Below are positions 1 through 10,658 of a stretch of 34,624 bases of DNA, piece after piece. Below the pieces are notes generated by a model. The model did no database searches. It saw only the letters and a program-made list of their open reading frames with translations, and was not told the DNA's origin. Numbering within the stretch: the stretch's first letter is position 1; the number at the start of each line of letters is the position of its first letter. Where the stretch lies: assembly GCA_903937325.1 (NCBI GenBank), contig CAIZYV010000052.1, forward strand, positions 1 to 34,624. The letters are read 5' to 3'. The stretch comes from Candidatus Falkowbacteria bacterium (GTDB lineage: Bacteria; Patescibacteriota; Patescibacteriia; Patescibacteriales; UBA12465). Both the position numbers and the translations under genes were made by a program.

Positions 1-1
1 C

Positions 2-745
2 CCCCTTTTAACTAAACGTTCTGATACAAAACGTGTAGCTATTATTTTAATTGCTTCCAACCGTGGCATGTGCGGTCCTTATAATGCCTCTATTATTAAT
101 AAGGTTAAAGAATCTATTCAGCGTCATCCCTCTGTCCCGGTTGATTTTATTTTAGTTGGTAAAAAAGCGGCGGCTGTTTATACACAAAATCAGACAGTCG
201 CGGCTGAATTTCCGAAAAGCGATCTTTTAAAAGATTCTGCTGAGGTATTACCGATAGTTAAAATGGTAACTGATGATTTTTTGAGCGGGCGTTATGATAA
301 GATTTTTGTGGCTTATACGGATTTTATTAGCCCGGCGAAGCAGATTCCGCGTGTTAAGCAATTATTACCCGTGGATATTGATTCTCAAGAAGGCTATCTT
401 GGTATTGTTGGTGATCCTAAAGTTAGCGTTAACAAAGAAATGTTGCTGGATAAGGAGAGTAAACATTTGGTGCCAAAATCCGGCTTTGAATATATTTTTG
501 AACCCAGTCCAAATGAAGTTTTAGATAAGATTATACCCCGTCTATTAGAGGTCCAGGTTTTTCAAGCTTTACTAGAAGCAAATGCTTCTGAACACAGTGC
601 TCGTATGAGCGCCATGCATCAAGCGACTGAAGCCGCTACCGATATGGTCCAGGAACTAACATTATTTTATAATAAAGCCCGCCAAGCCGGTATTACGGCG
701 GAAATAGCGGAAATCAGCGCTGGCGCTAACGCCCTGCTCGATTAA
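2..745 (+). CDS. atpG: F1Fo ATP synthase gamma subunit, 5'-truncated by window edge
   Basis: The reading frame is open from nt 2 (PLLTKRSDTKRVAIILIASNRGMCGPYN...), so the M at 68 is internal. The C-terminus NKARQAGITAEIAEISAGANAL is the conserved gamma C-terminal helix. It sits immediately upstream of atpD. Confidence 0.9.
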   Translation, partial: PLLTKRSDTKRVAIILIASNRGMCGPYNASIINKVKESIQRHPSVPVDFILVGKKAAAVYTQNQTVAAEFPKSDLLKDSAEVLPIVKMVTDDFLSGRYDKIFVAYTDFISPAKQIPRVKQLLPVDIDSQEGYLGIVGDPKVSVNKEMLLDKESKHLVPKSGFEYIFEPSPNEVLDKIIPRLLEVQVFQALLEANASEHSARMSAMHQATEAATDMVQELTLFYNKARQAGITAEIAEISAGANALLD

Positions 746-2158
<1,413 letters not shown>

Positions 2159-2163
2159 TTATT

Positions 2164-2604
2164 ATGGCCGAGAAAAAAAGTATTAAATTTGAAATCGTTA
2201 CGCCCGACCGAACTGTTTTGAAACAGGAAATTTTGCAAGTCAGCGTTCCGACTCAGGATGGCGAAATAACCATTTTGCCCGATCATATTCCTTTAGTTTC
2301 TATTTTAAAGCCGGGTATTTTAGAAATAAAAACCTTGGATCAAGAAACAGAGATTATGTCTGTGTCTGGTGGTTTTATCGAAGTTTTGCGCGATAAAGTT
2401 GTTATCTTAGCCGATACGGCCGAAAGAGCACAGGAACTTGATGAAGATAAAATTACTGCCGCCCGTGCTTTAGCGGAAGCGGCAAAAATTGAAGCTTTGA
2501 CTCGTTCTGATTATGATTTCTCGGCGGTTGCCGCGAAACTAGAAACAGAATTGGCCCGTGAGCGCGCTTTGCATAAATGGCGCCGCCTTAAAAATATTAA
2601 ATAA
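2164..2604 (+). CDS. atpC: F1Fo ATP synthase epsilon subunit
   Basis: It is 146 aa and begins 5 nt after atpD. It has an N-terminal beta-sandwich-like region (FEIVTPDRTV...ILPDHIPLVSILKPG) and a C-terminal helical hairpin, in the canonical operon position. Confidence 0.85.
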   Translation: MAEKKSIKFEIVTPDRTVLKQEILQVSVPTQDGEITILPDHIPLVSILKPGILEIKTLDQETEIMSVSGGFIEVLRDKVVILADTAERAQELDEDKITAARALAEAAKIEALTRSDYDFSAVAAKLETELARERALHKWRRLKNIK

Positions 2605-2630
2605 TTCAAGTAAATAGATAAATAATAAAC

Positions 2631-2637
2631 AAGGAGG
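2631..2637 (+). promoter_or_regulatory. Strong Shine-Dalgarno (AAGGAGG) 6 nt upstream of the ATG at 2644
   Basis: Exact AAGGAGG at optimal spacing. Nearly all other start codons in the window lack any purine-rich SD. Confidence 0.7.
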
Positions 2638-2643
2638 AAAACT

Positions 2644-3456
2644 ATGTTTGAAATTATGACAGAACAAAATGAAGTTCATGACACAAAACATGATCATGAG
2701 CAACACGAAAATCACGAAGCCTTATTTAATCAGGAATGGGAGAAATCTCAATTAAACCAGATTATTAAAGGTTTTAAAGACGGCCGACCTTTGTCGGAAT
2801 TAGTGGCTGAATTGCCTGGGTTTAAAGAATCTTTCCAGCATCCATTGGATTGTTTGGACTGTGCTGACGGCCGAGTTTGTTCTGGCCGCAAGCTAGGTCT
2901 GGCAGGCCAAGGAATTCTGTTAGGAGCTGATGACCAAGCCAAGCTCGATGCCAAAATTGCTGAGATTGAGAATTTGACCATTAGTGGTCATGAGAATTGC
3001 GGCGCCGCCGGCATTGCTTGCCAGGGAGCACCTGATAGTGATGAACAAGGTTATGCTTATACTAAGGAATTGGCGGCTAGAAATGGTCGTCCTTATAAGG
3101 AAATTCATAAAGATGAGTTTCGTTGTGCTGTTCATAATGAGCGCTGTCTTGTTTTAGAAGGTACTGGTCGTTTTGATGTAGCTAATCTCCAAGGATTTCC
3201 CGGACAATTTATTTCTTCCGCGGAGTATTTTGGTCTTAGCGAAGAATACCAGATGACCGAAGCCAAGGCTTTGATTGGCATTGCTTTAAGTAGTCATAGT
3301 TTTGGCGAACGCTTTGATCAGGAAAATCCTTTTTATCTTTTGATTTCCGCTGATAATCAAGAACAACTTGATAAGATGAAATCTTGGGCTGAAAAAGTGG
3401 CCGCTGATTATGAAGGCAGGGTTAAAGTTGATGCCTTTATTGCTCCAGAAAAATAA
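2644..3456 (+). CDS. Hypothetical His-rich metalloprotein candidate with a beta-carbonic-anhydrase-like CxDxR ... GHxxCGA signature
   Basis: 270-aa ORF with a strong SD and no terminator between it and atpC. It has an HDTKHDHEQHENHE tract, C73-A-D-G-R77 and S-G-H116-E-N-C119-G-A. The functional call is motif-based only. Confidence 0.8.
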   Translation: MFEIMTEQNEVHDTKHDHEQHENHEALFNQEWEKSQLNQIIKGFKDGRPLSELVAELPGFKESFQHPLDCLDCADGRVCSGRKLGLAGQGILLGADDQAKLDAKIAEIENLTISGHENCGAAGIACQGAPDSDEQGYAYTKELAARNGRPYKEIHKDEFRCAVHNERCLVLEGTGRFDVANLQGFPGQFISSAEYFGLSEEYQMTEAKALIGIALSSHSFGERFDQENPFYLLISADNQEQLDKMKSWAEKVAADYEGRVKVDAFIAPEK

Positions 3457-3474
3457 TTTTTTTATTTGGATTAT

Positions 3475-3507
3475 AAAAACCGCTAGCTTTTAGCCAGCGG
3501 TTTTTTT
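3475..3507. terminator. Bidirectional intrinsic terminator between convergent genes
   Basis: AAAAA, then CCGCTAGC/GCCAGCGG stem (one mismatch), then TTTTTTT. It lies between the 2644-3456 (+) and uppP (-) stops. Confidence 0.8.
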
Positions 3508-3537
3508 ATTTGTCATTTAAAGACGAGTGCTAGAATT

Positions 3538-4317
3538 TTATAGTAATATCCAGGCCAATAAAATTAAGCCTAAAGCAATACGGTACCAGCCAAAGATTTG
3601 AAAATCATGCTTTTGAATAAATTTTAAGAAGAATTTTATACCTATTATAGCAGTTACAAAAGCGGTAATGATGCCGATACACCAAAAGAGCGGTTCCTGC
3701 CCCTGTAAAGTGGGGGGAGTTTTATATAAGTCGAGGATTGTTGCCGCTGCCATGGTTGGCAGAGCCAAGAGAAAGGAAAATTCAACAATATTTTTGCGCG
3801 AAACACCGAGTGAAATTCCACCCATGATGGTGGCGGCTGAGCGTGAGACGCCAGGGATAATGGCTAAGGCTTGAAAAACACCGATTAAGCCGGCTTGCCG
3901 ATAACTGAGGTCCGTTAATCTTTGTTCGCTTAATTCTTGATTTTTGCGAGCAAAATATTTTTCTAAAATAATTAGGATAATTCCTCCAATTAATAAAGCG
4001 GCGGCAACTAAAGGCAGGCTTTCCATCAGGTAATTTTTAACTAATTTATAGGCGGCTAGACCTATAATCGCGGTGGGAATGAAGGCGGCAGCAATTTTCA
4101 GAATTAATTTTGGTTCTTTAAGTAGTTTCTGAGCATATAAAGCCGCTACAGACAAGATGGCTCCGAGTTGTATAGAAATCAAAAAACTACTTAAAAAGTC
4201 GCTGTCAGGCAGATTTAAAGCCTTAGCAGCTATGATGAGATGGGCGGTGGAAGAAATTGGTAAAAATTCCGTAATGCCTTCGAGTAAGCCAAGTAAAATA
4301 GCAATGCTGATTGTCAT
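3538..4317 (-). CDS. uppP: Undecaprenyl-diphosphate phosphatase (BacA/UppP)
   Basis: N-terminal LLEGITEFLPISSTAHL motif, a later PGVSRSAATI motif, and about 8 predicted TM helices. Confidence 0.9.
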   Translation of the reverse strand: MTISIAILLGLLEGITEFLPISSTAHLIIAAKALNLPDSDFLSSFLISIQLGAILSVAALYAQKLLKEPKLILKIAAAFIPTAIIGLAAYKLVKNYLMESLPLVAAALLIGGIILIILEKYFARKNQELSEQRLTDLSYRQAGLIGVFQALAIIPGVSRSAATIMGGISLGVSRKNIVEFSFLLALPTMAAATILDLYKTPPTLQGQEPLFWCIGIITAFVTAIIGIKFFLKFIQKHDFQIFGWYRIALGLILLAWILL

Positions 4318-4437
4318 ATTAAAATTATTACGTGCTTAAGAAAGACTATTTTCTTAATTTTGGAGGATATTTATTACTTTAATTTTACTATATTTTTACT
4401 TTGTCCGCCAGCCTTTTTGCTGGACAATTATTATCCC

Positions 4438-4466
4438 TTGACATCCCTTACTAAAAGCCTTAAAAT
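4438..4466 (+). promoter_or_regulatory. Sigma-70-type promoter of groES-groEL
   Basis: TTGACA (4438-4443), a 17-nt spacer, then TAAAAT (4461-4466), immediately upstream of the CIRCE element. Confidence 0.7.
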
Positions 4467-4476
4467 AGGCTTATGC

Positions 4477-4503
4477 TTAGCACTCGACATCTTTGAGTGC
4501 TAA
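4477..4503 (+). promoter_or_regulatory. CIRCE operator (HrcA binding site)
   Basis: TTAGCACTC-gacatcttt-GAGTGCTAA is a perfect match to the CIRCE consensus TTAGCACTC-N9-GAGTGCTAA. It is positioned just downstream of the -10, ahead of groES. Confidence 0.9.
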
Positions 4504-4601
4504 TAAATATATTAATAAAAATTTTATAATATCAGCCAAAATAATCATTAAAATTTCTTAAATTTTTTCGATTTTTTTCATTATTTTTGGCCTTTAGCCT
4601 T

Positions 4602-4895
4602 ATGAAATTAAAACCACTTTCTAATCACGTAATTGTGAAAGCGGCTCCCCAAGAAGAGATGACTAAGTCTGGCATCGTTTTACCCGGTACCGCCGATAAG
4701 GATCGTCCGGAAAAAGGAGAAGTTATTGCTGTTGGTACTGGTAAAATTTTAGAGAGCGGCCAGCTTTTGCTGATGAGCGTTAAAATTGGTGATCAAGTTG
4801 TGTTTAAAAAATATTCTCCGGATGAAATTAAGATTGATAATGAAGACTTCTTAATTTTAAACGAGAGTGATATTGTCGCGATTTTAGAAGATTAA
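4602..4895 (+). CDS. groES: Co-chaperonin GroES
   Basis: MKLKPLSNHVIVKA...SGIVLPGTA...GEVIAVG is the typical Cpn10 pattern. The ATG at 4602 is preferred over the TTG at 4587. Confidence 0.9.
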   Translation: MKLKPLSNHVIVKAAPQEEMTKSGIVLPGTADKDRPEKGEVIAVGTGKILESGQLLLMSVKIGDQVVFKKYSPDEIKIDNEDFLILNESDIVAILED

Positions 4896-4945
4896 TATCA
4901 TATTTAGTAATTTAGTTTTTTTAACAGGAAAATTGTTAATCTTAA

Positions 4946-6628
<1,683 letters not shown>

Positions 6629-6645
6629 TCTAAATTAAAGCTTTT

Positions 6646-6675
6646 AAAAGAGGTGGTTTAATACCGCCTCTTTTT
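6646..6675 (+). terminator. Intrinsic terminator after groEL
   Basis: GAGGTGG/CCGCCTC stem (one G-U pair) with a 7-nt loop, followed by TTTTT. Confidence 0.7.
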
Positions 6676-6685
6676 GTTATTGTAT

Positions 6686-6714
6686 TTGGATGTCGCCTTC
6701 TTTTTTGCTATAAT
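6686..6714 (+). promoter_or_regulatory. Candidate extended -10 promoter
   Basis: TTGGAT, a 17-nt spacer, then TGcTATAAT (TATAAT at 6709-6714), 30 nt upstream of the ATG at 6744. Confidence 0.5.
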
Positions 6715-6743
6715 ATGATTATAAAAAATAATGTTTTAAGTAT

Positions 6744-7235
6744 ATGTCGATTAAGAAAAAAGTCCCGATCGCGAAAAAAAAATCGGTGCTTGTCGCTGTT
6801 TCTGGTTATTTTAATCCTCTTCATGTCGGGCATTTAGAGATGATTAAATTGGCGAAGAAGTTGGGGGATAAGCTTGTGGTTATTGTTAATAATGATAAGC
6901 AGGTTAAGCTGAAAGGCCGGGTGTCTTTTATGTCCGAGCAGGATCGTGTAGCGATTGTTAAAGCATTGCGCGATGTTGACCGGGTTGTTTTAGCAGTTGA
7001 TGATTATCGCTGGCCTGACGGAGAAGTGCCGGTTATTAAAACTTTAGCCAAAGTGAGGCCTAATATATTTGCTAACGGTGGTGATCGTAAGAATTTAGCC
7101 AATGTGCCTGAATATGAAGTCTGTCAGAAATATAAAATTAAGATGGTTGATGGTTTGGGTAAAAAGATTAGAGCTAGTTCTACGATGATTGCCGAAGCCG
7201 CCGCCAAGAAAGAAAAATTAAATAAAAAGAAATGA
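6744..7235 (+). CDS. Cytidylyltransferase-family nucleotidyltransferase (HxGH class)
   Basis: GYFNPLHVGHLEMIKLAK contains the (T/H)xGH motif of the glycerol-3-P cytidylyltransferase / RfaE-domain-II / RibL-like family. The substrate cannot be assigned from sequence. Confidence 0.7.
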   Translation: MSIKKKVPIAKKKSVLVAVSGYFNPLHVGHLEMIKLAKKLGDKLVVIVNNDKQVKLKGRVSFMSEQDRVAIVKALRDVDRVVLAVDDYRWPDGEVPVIKTLAKVRPNIFANGGDRKNLANVPEYEVCQKYKIKMVDGLGKKIRASSTMIAEAAAKKEKLNKKK

Positions 7236-8170
7236 TTATACGCCGATTAGCCAGATATTTTTTAATCTTTGCTTTATGTCTATTAGCGACGGTCTTACTT
7301 TTGTCGTTAATTTTTGGGCGTAGTCTGATCCGATCGCTTGCCGGAGAAAATAGTTTTTTAAGTCGTTTGGATAATTTATTAAAACAAGAAGAGCAAGTAT
7401 CAACAGTCCTACGCCCAGAAAAGACCGTTCGTTTTGTTGAAGGCTGGACAAATCGCGATATGGGTCAATATCTCGAAGGCCAGGGTATTTGGCAGAGTGA
7501 AGAATTATTAGAGTCAGCTGGTTTTCCTCAGGTAGATTATAGCTTAGAGACAGATATGCCATTGCCACTAGATTTTTCTCAGCAATATAATTTTTTACAG
7601 GACAAGCCTCTCAGCCGCGGCTTGGAGGGGTATTTATATCCCGATACGTATCGTATTTATGCTGCTAGTTCAACCCCGGCTGATTTAATTGTAAAGATGT
7701 TGTCTAATTTTGATCAGAAATTAACTGCGCAGATGCGGGCTGATATTAAAAAACAGGGAAAGACAATTTACGAAATTGTTACCATGGCTTCTATTTTAGA
7801 AAAAGAAGCGCCGATTAATTATGCTTCCGGTGATAATCGTGACGCCCGTATTATTGCTGGAATTTTTTGGGATCGGATAAAAGTTGGTCAAGCTTTGCAA
7901 TCTTGTGCCAGCCTTGCTTATATTCTGGGCGTGAATAAATCGCAATATAGTGCCGCCGATACACAAATCGAATCCCCTTATAATACTTATAAATATCGCG
8001 GTTTACCTCCTGGTCCAATCAGTAATCCGGGAATCTTAGCGATTGAAGCGGCTATATATCCATTAAGCACAAATTATAATTATTTTTTAACACCATCGGG
8101 TAGTAAGGAAATAATTTATGCCGCTACTTATGAAGAGCATTTGCGCAATAAGAATAAATATTTGCCTTAA
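7232..8170 (+). CDS. mltG: Endolytic murein transglycosylase MltG (YceG-like)
   Basis: N-terminal TM helix, LEGYLYPDTYRIY, ASILEKEA and YNTYKYRGLPPGPISNPG motifs. The ATGA start/stop overlaps the upstream gene. Confidence 0.9.
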   Translation: MIIRRLARYFLIFALCLLATVLLLSLIFGRSLIRSLAGENSFLSRLDNLLKQEEQVSTVLRPEKTVRFVEGWTNRDMGQYLEGQGIWQSEELLESAGFPQVDYSLETDMPLPLDFSQQYNFLQDKPLSRGLEGYLYPDTYRIYAASSTPADLIVKMLSNFDQKLTAQMRADIKKQGKTIYEIVTMASILEKEAPINYASGDNRDARIIAGIFWDRIKVGQALQSCASLAYILGVNKSQYSAADTQIESPYNTYKYRGLPPGPISNPGILAIEAAIYPLSTNYNYFLTPSGSKEIIYAATYEEHLRNKNKYLP

Positions 8171-8175
8171 ATCAT

Positions 8176-10563
8176 ATGTTTGAACAAGTGCAAAAAAAAT
8201 CAGGAGAAAGTGACGGTAAAAAAGTTGTCGGTGGTGCTAATAATTTTGTGACCGCTGCTGATCGTTTGTCTGAGCAAAATAATCCTGGCCGCCGTCACTG
8301 GATTTTTCTTGTTTTGTTAGTTTTTTTAGCTCTTATAATATTTGGTTTTTTCGCTTGGTGGCTTTGGGGTCGTTTAAGAAATGAACCGGCGGTATCTCTG
8401 CAAGAGCTTGAAGCTGCTGTTTTGGAGCAAGCACGTTTGGATAATTTGCATTTAGGTGATTCTGGCGACACAACTGACGTGACTAGCAGTACAACGCCTG
8501 TTAGTGAAATAGAATATTTGTCTTTTGCTGATTTTTATCAGGCTCCTACTTCCGGACAACGAGAATTTAATTTTGCTGGGTACGACTTGCCGATGAATGT
8601 GAAAATAAATGTCGCTAATTATTATGAACTTTCTCGAAAAATAGATTTACAAAGCAATATAGATTATTTAAATAATAATGGTTTTGCTGTAATTAATAAT
8701 CCTTGGTCGAAAGAGGCGGCCAATTTTTATTCTTTAGCCGTTTATCTTGATAATCAGCAAATCCCTTTGTTTATAAGTGCTGATTTTATTTCTTATTATT
8801 ATCAAAGTGTTTTAAAGTCTACTTTTAAAGAAATAGAAGAAGGCGTTTTTTACGAGAGCCTTTGGAATATCAATAAAACTCTCTATGATCGGGCTCGCAA
8901 CCGCTACGAAACACATCTAGCCGCTATTGGTAATGTTAATGATCGAGTTTTAGAGGGAGAGCGTTTAGAGACAGCTTTCTTTGCTGTTTCTTTAGAATTA
9001 TTACAACCATCTCTTGATCAAATTGATTTAGCTAATAAATTTTCTGTCGGTAAATTTAGCCCTCAAGAAGCGCAACGTTTTGATTTTACCGTACCCGCTT
9101 ATCTCAGCGATGATGTGTTAAAAGAATTAACCTTAATCAGAAAAGCTTATGGTAAAGAAAAATCTCCCGTCCTGCTTTATGATCGTAATTATCCAGATTT
9201 TGTTGTTCCGATAGAGTATAAGGATAATGCGCGTTTGCATAATTTTTATCTGGCAGCAGCTTGGCTTAATTCTGTTTTTCCTCTTAACTATCGCGATGAT
9301 TCTTGCCCAGAATGTCTCTTGGATAAGGATGATTGGCGAATTAATTTTACGGCCGCTTGTTTAATATCTCAAGATTTTTCACAGAATCAGGAATTAAAGA
9401 ATGAATGGGCCCGTGTTTACAAAATAATCTCTTTTTTCAAAGGCCTGCGCGATACTTGGAATTATGTTAATTATCACGATCAGCTTAGCCTTCTTTTTGG
9501 TGAAGATTATCAGATAGATACTTTATTTGCCGAACAAAATAACGAATCTTTAGCTGACATGGAAAAGTTGCGTCAAGCTCTCTTGGCCAGAGATTCTGTG
9601 CCGATGCAGGGAGCTTTGAATCTTCAATCGATGAGCGGCTTTAGCGCGGCGGGAATGCAGTTTTTGGCTGATTTTTATTGGCCTAATGATTTTATCTTTA
9701 GTGGTTTGCGCTATCCCCAAGTTGGCGTTTATCAGGGTGGTGATAAATTAGGATCGAGCAATGTTACTGCTTGCCAAGTCCAGAGAAAAAATCAGCGCTG
9801 TCAGGGTTCTGGCCAAGATGTCCTTAGCCTGATCTATCCTAGCTGGCAAGGAGATACTTTTCTAGAAAATGCTAATTATGCTAATTACGCGTCTTCTTTA
9901 GAAAAATTAAGGCCTTTAGCGACGGAAGCGATGAATAATAATCTTAATAACTATTGGTCTTCTTTATCTTTGTGGCGTTATTATTTGCAGGCGGATGATC
10001 AACATTTGCCTGCTTATTTGCGTTCTGTCGCTTGGCGGGGACAGATGGCTAAGAGTGCTCTTGGTGCCTGGGTAGATATGCAATTACCAGCCGATAAGCT
10101 TAGTTTACATAAGGATGTAAAAGAAAAACAGCTGTCATCTAGTGATGGCACTCCTGATTATGCCTGGGTTGAGCCTAATCTTGATTTTTTAGATCGCTTA
10201 ATCGCCCATAATCAGATGTTGCTTGGCATGTTTAAAGCTCTGAGTATCAATGAGCGCTCTAGTGTCGCCGTTAATAATTTAAACGAGGCCGATCGGCAAT
10301 TATCTGGGTTGAGAGCAATTGTCGAGAAACAAGCGCGGGCGGAAGATTTAAATAGCGACGATAATCAGTTTATTCGTGATTTTGTCCGCGCTTATAGCGT
10401 GGAAAGGGAAGGAAAAAAATCTTTATCTTGGCAGAGTACGGCAGTGGGGGCAAAGATAAAAGAAACTTTAGGGATGCCGCGCTTATTAATTATCGCCCAT
10501 CCGGTGGCCGGTAAACTTATTTTATCCGCCGGCCCTGTCTTTGATCACCAGGAGAGTCGATAA
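8176..10563 (+). CDS. Large membrane-anchored hypothetical protein (possibly DUF3160-like)
   Basis: 795-aa ORF with a single N-terminal TM helix (HWIFLVLLVFLALIIFGFFAWWLW) and a large extracytoplasmic region. The segment NGFAV...PLFISADFISYYYQSVL recalls the DUF3160 N-terminal pattern from memory only. Confidence 0.75.
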   Translation: MFEQVQKKSGESDGKKVVGGANNFVTAADRLSEQNNPGRRHWIFLVLLVFLALIIFGFFAWWLWGRLRNEPAVSLQELEAAVLEQARLDNLHLGDSGDTTDVTSSTTPVSEIEYLSFADFYQAPTSGQREFNFAGYDLPMNVKINVANYYELSRKIDLQSNIDYLNNNGFAVINNPWSKEAANFYSLAVYLDNQQIPLFISADFISYYYQSVLKSTFKEIEEGVFYESLWNINKTLYDRARNRYETHLAAIGNVNDRVLEGERLETAFFAVSLELLQPSLDQIDLANKFSVGKFSPQEAQRFDFTVPAYLSDDVLKELTLIRKAYGKEKSPVLLYDRNYPDFVVPIEYKDNARLHNFYLAAAWLNSVFPLNYRDDSCPECLLDKDDWRINFTAACLISQDFSQNQELKNEWARVYKIISFFKGLRDTWNYVNYHDQLSLLFGEDYQIDTLFAEQNNESLADMEKLRQALLARDSVPMQGALNLQSMSGFSAAGMQFLADFYWPNDFIFSGLRYPQVGVYQGGDKLGSSNVTACQVQRKNQRCQGSGQDVLSLIYPSWQGDTFLENANYANYASSLEKLRPLATEAMNNNLNNYWSSLSLWRYYLQADDQHLPAYLRSVAWRGQMAKSALGAWVDMQLPADKLSLHKDVKEKQLSSSDGTPDYAWVEPNLDFLDRLIAHNQMLLGMFKALSINERSSVAVNNLNEADRQLSGLRAIVEKQARAEDLNSDDNQFIRDFVRAYSVEREGKKSLSWQSTAVGAKIKETLGMPRLLIIAHPVAGKLILSAGPVFDHQESR

Positions 10564-10585
10564 TTTATCTTTATTTTTTAGTTAT

Positions 10586-10615
10586 AAAAAAGCTGCCTTT
10601 AAAGGGCAGTTTTTT
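10586..10615. terminator. Bidirectional intrinsic terminator
   Basis: AAAAAA, then GCTGCC/GGCAGT stem, then TTTTT, between convergent genes. Confidence 0.7.
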
Positions 10616-10658
10616 CTATCTATTGACAAAAACTATGATTACAAAATCAGGGCTTTTT

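Noticed and set aside
4401-4428. Interrupted hairpin TTGTCCGCCAGC...GCTGGACAA between uppP and groES
   Set aside because: It lies upstream of both divergent genes, so it cannot terminate either. It has no U-tract on either strand and carries a 3-nt bulge, which gives insufficient support for a regulatory call.
10623-10628. TTGACA hexamer downstream of the 8176-10563 terminator
   Set aside because: No acceptable -10 lies at 16-18 nt spacing, and no plus-strand gene follows it. The next 1.9 kb is a minus-strand gene.
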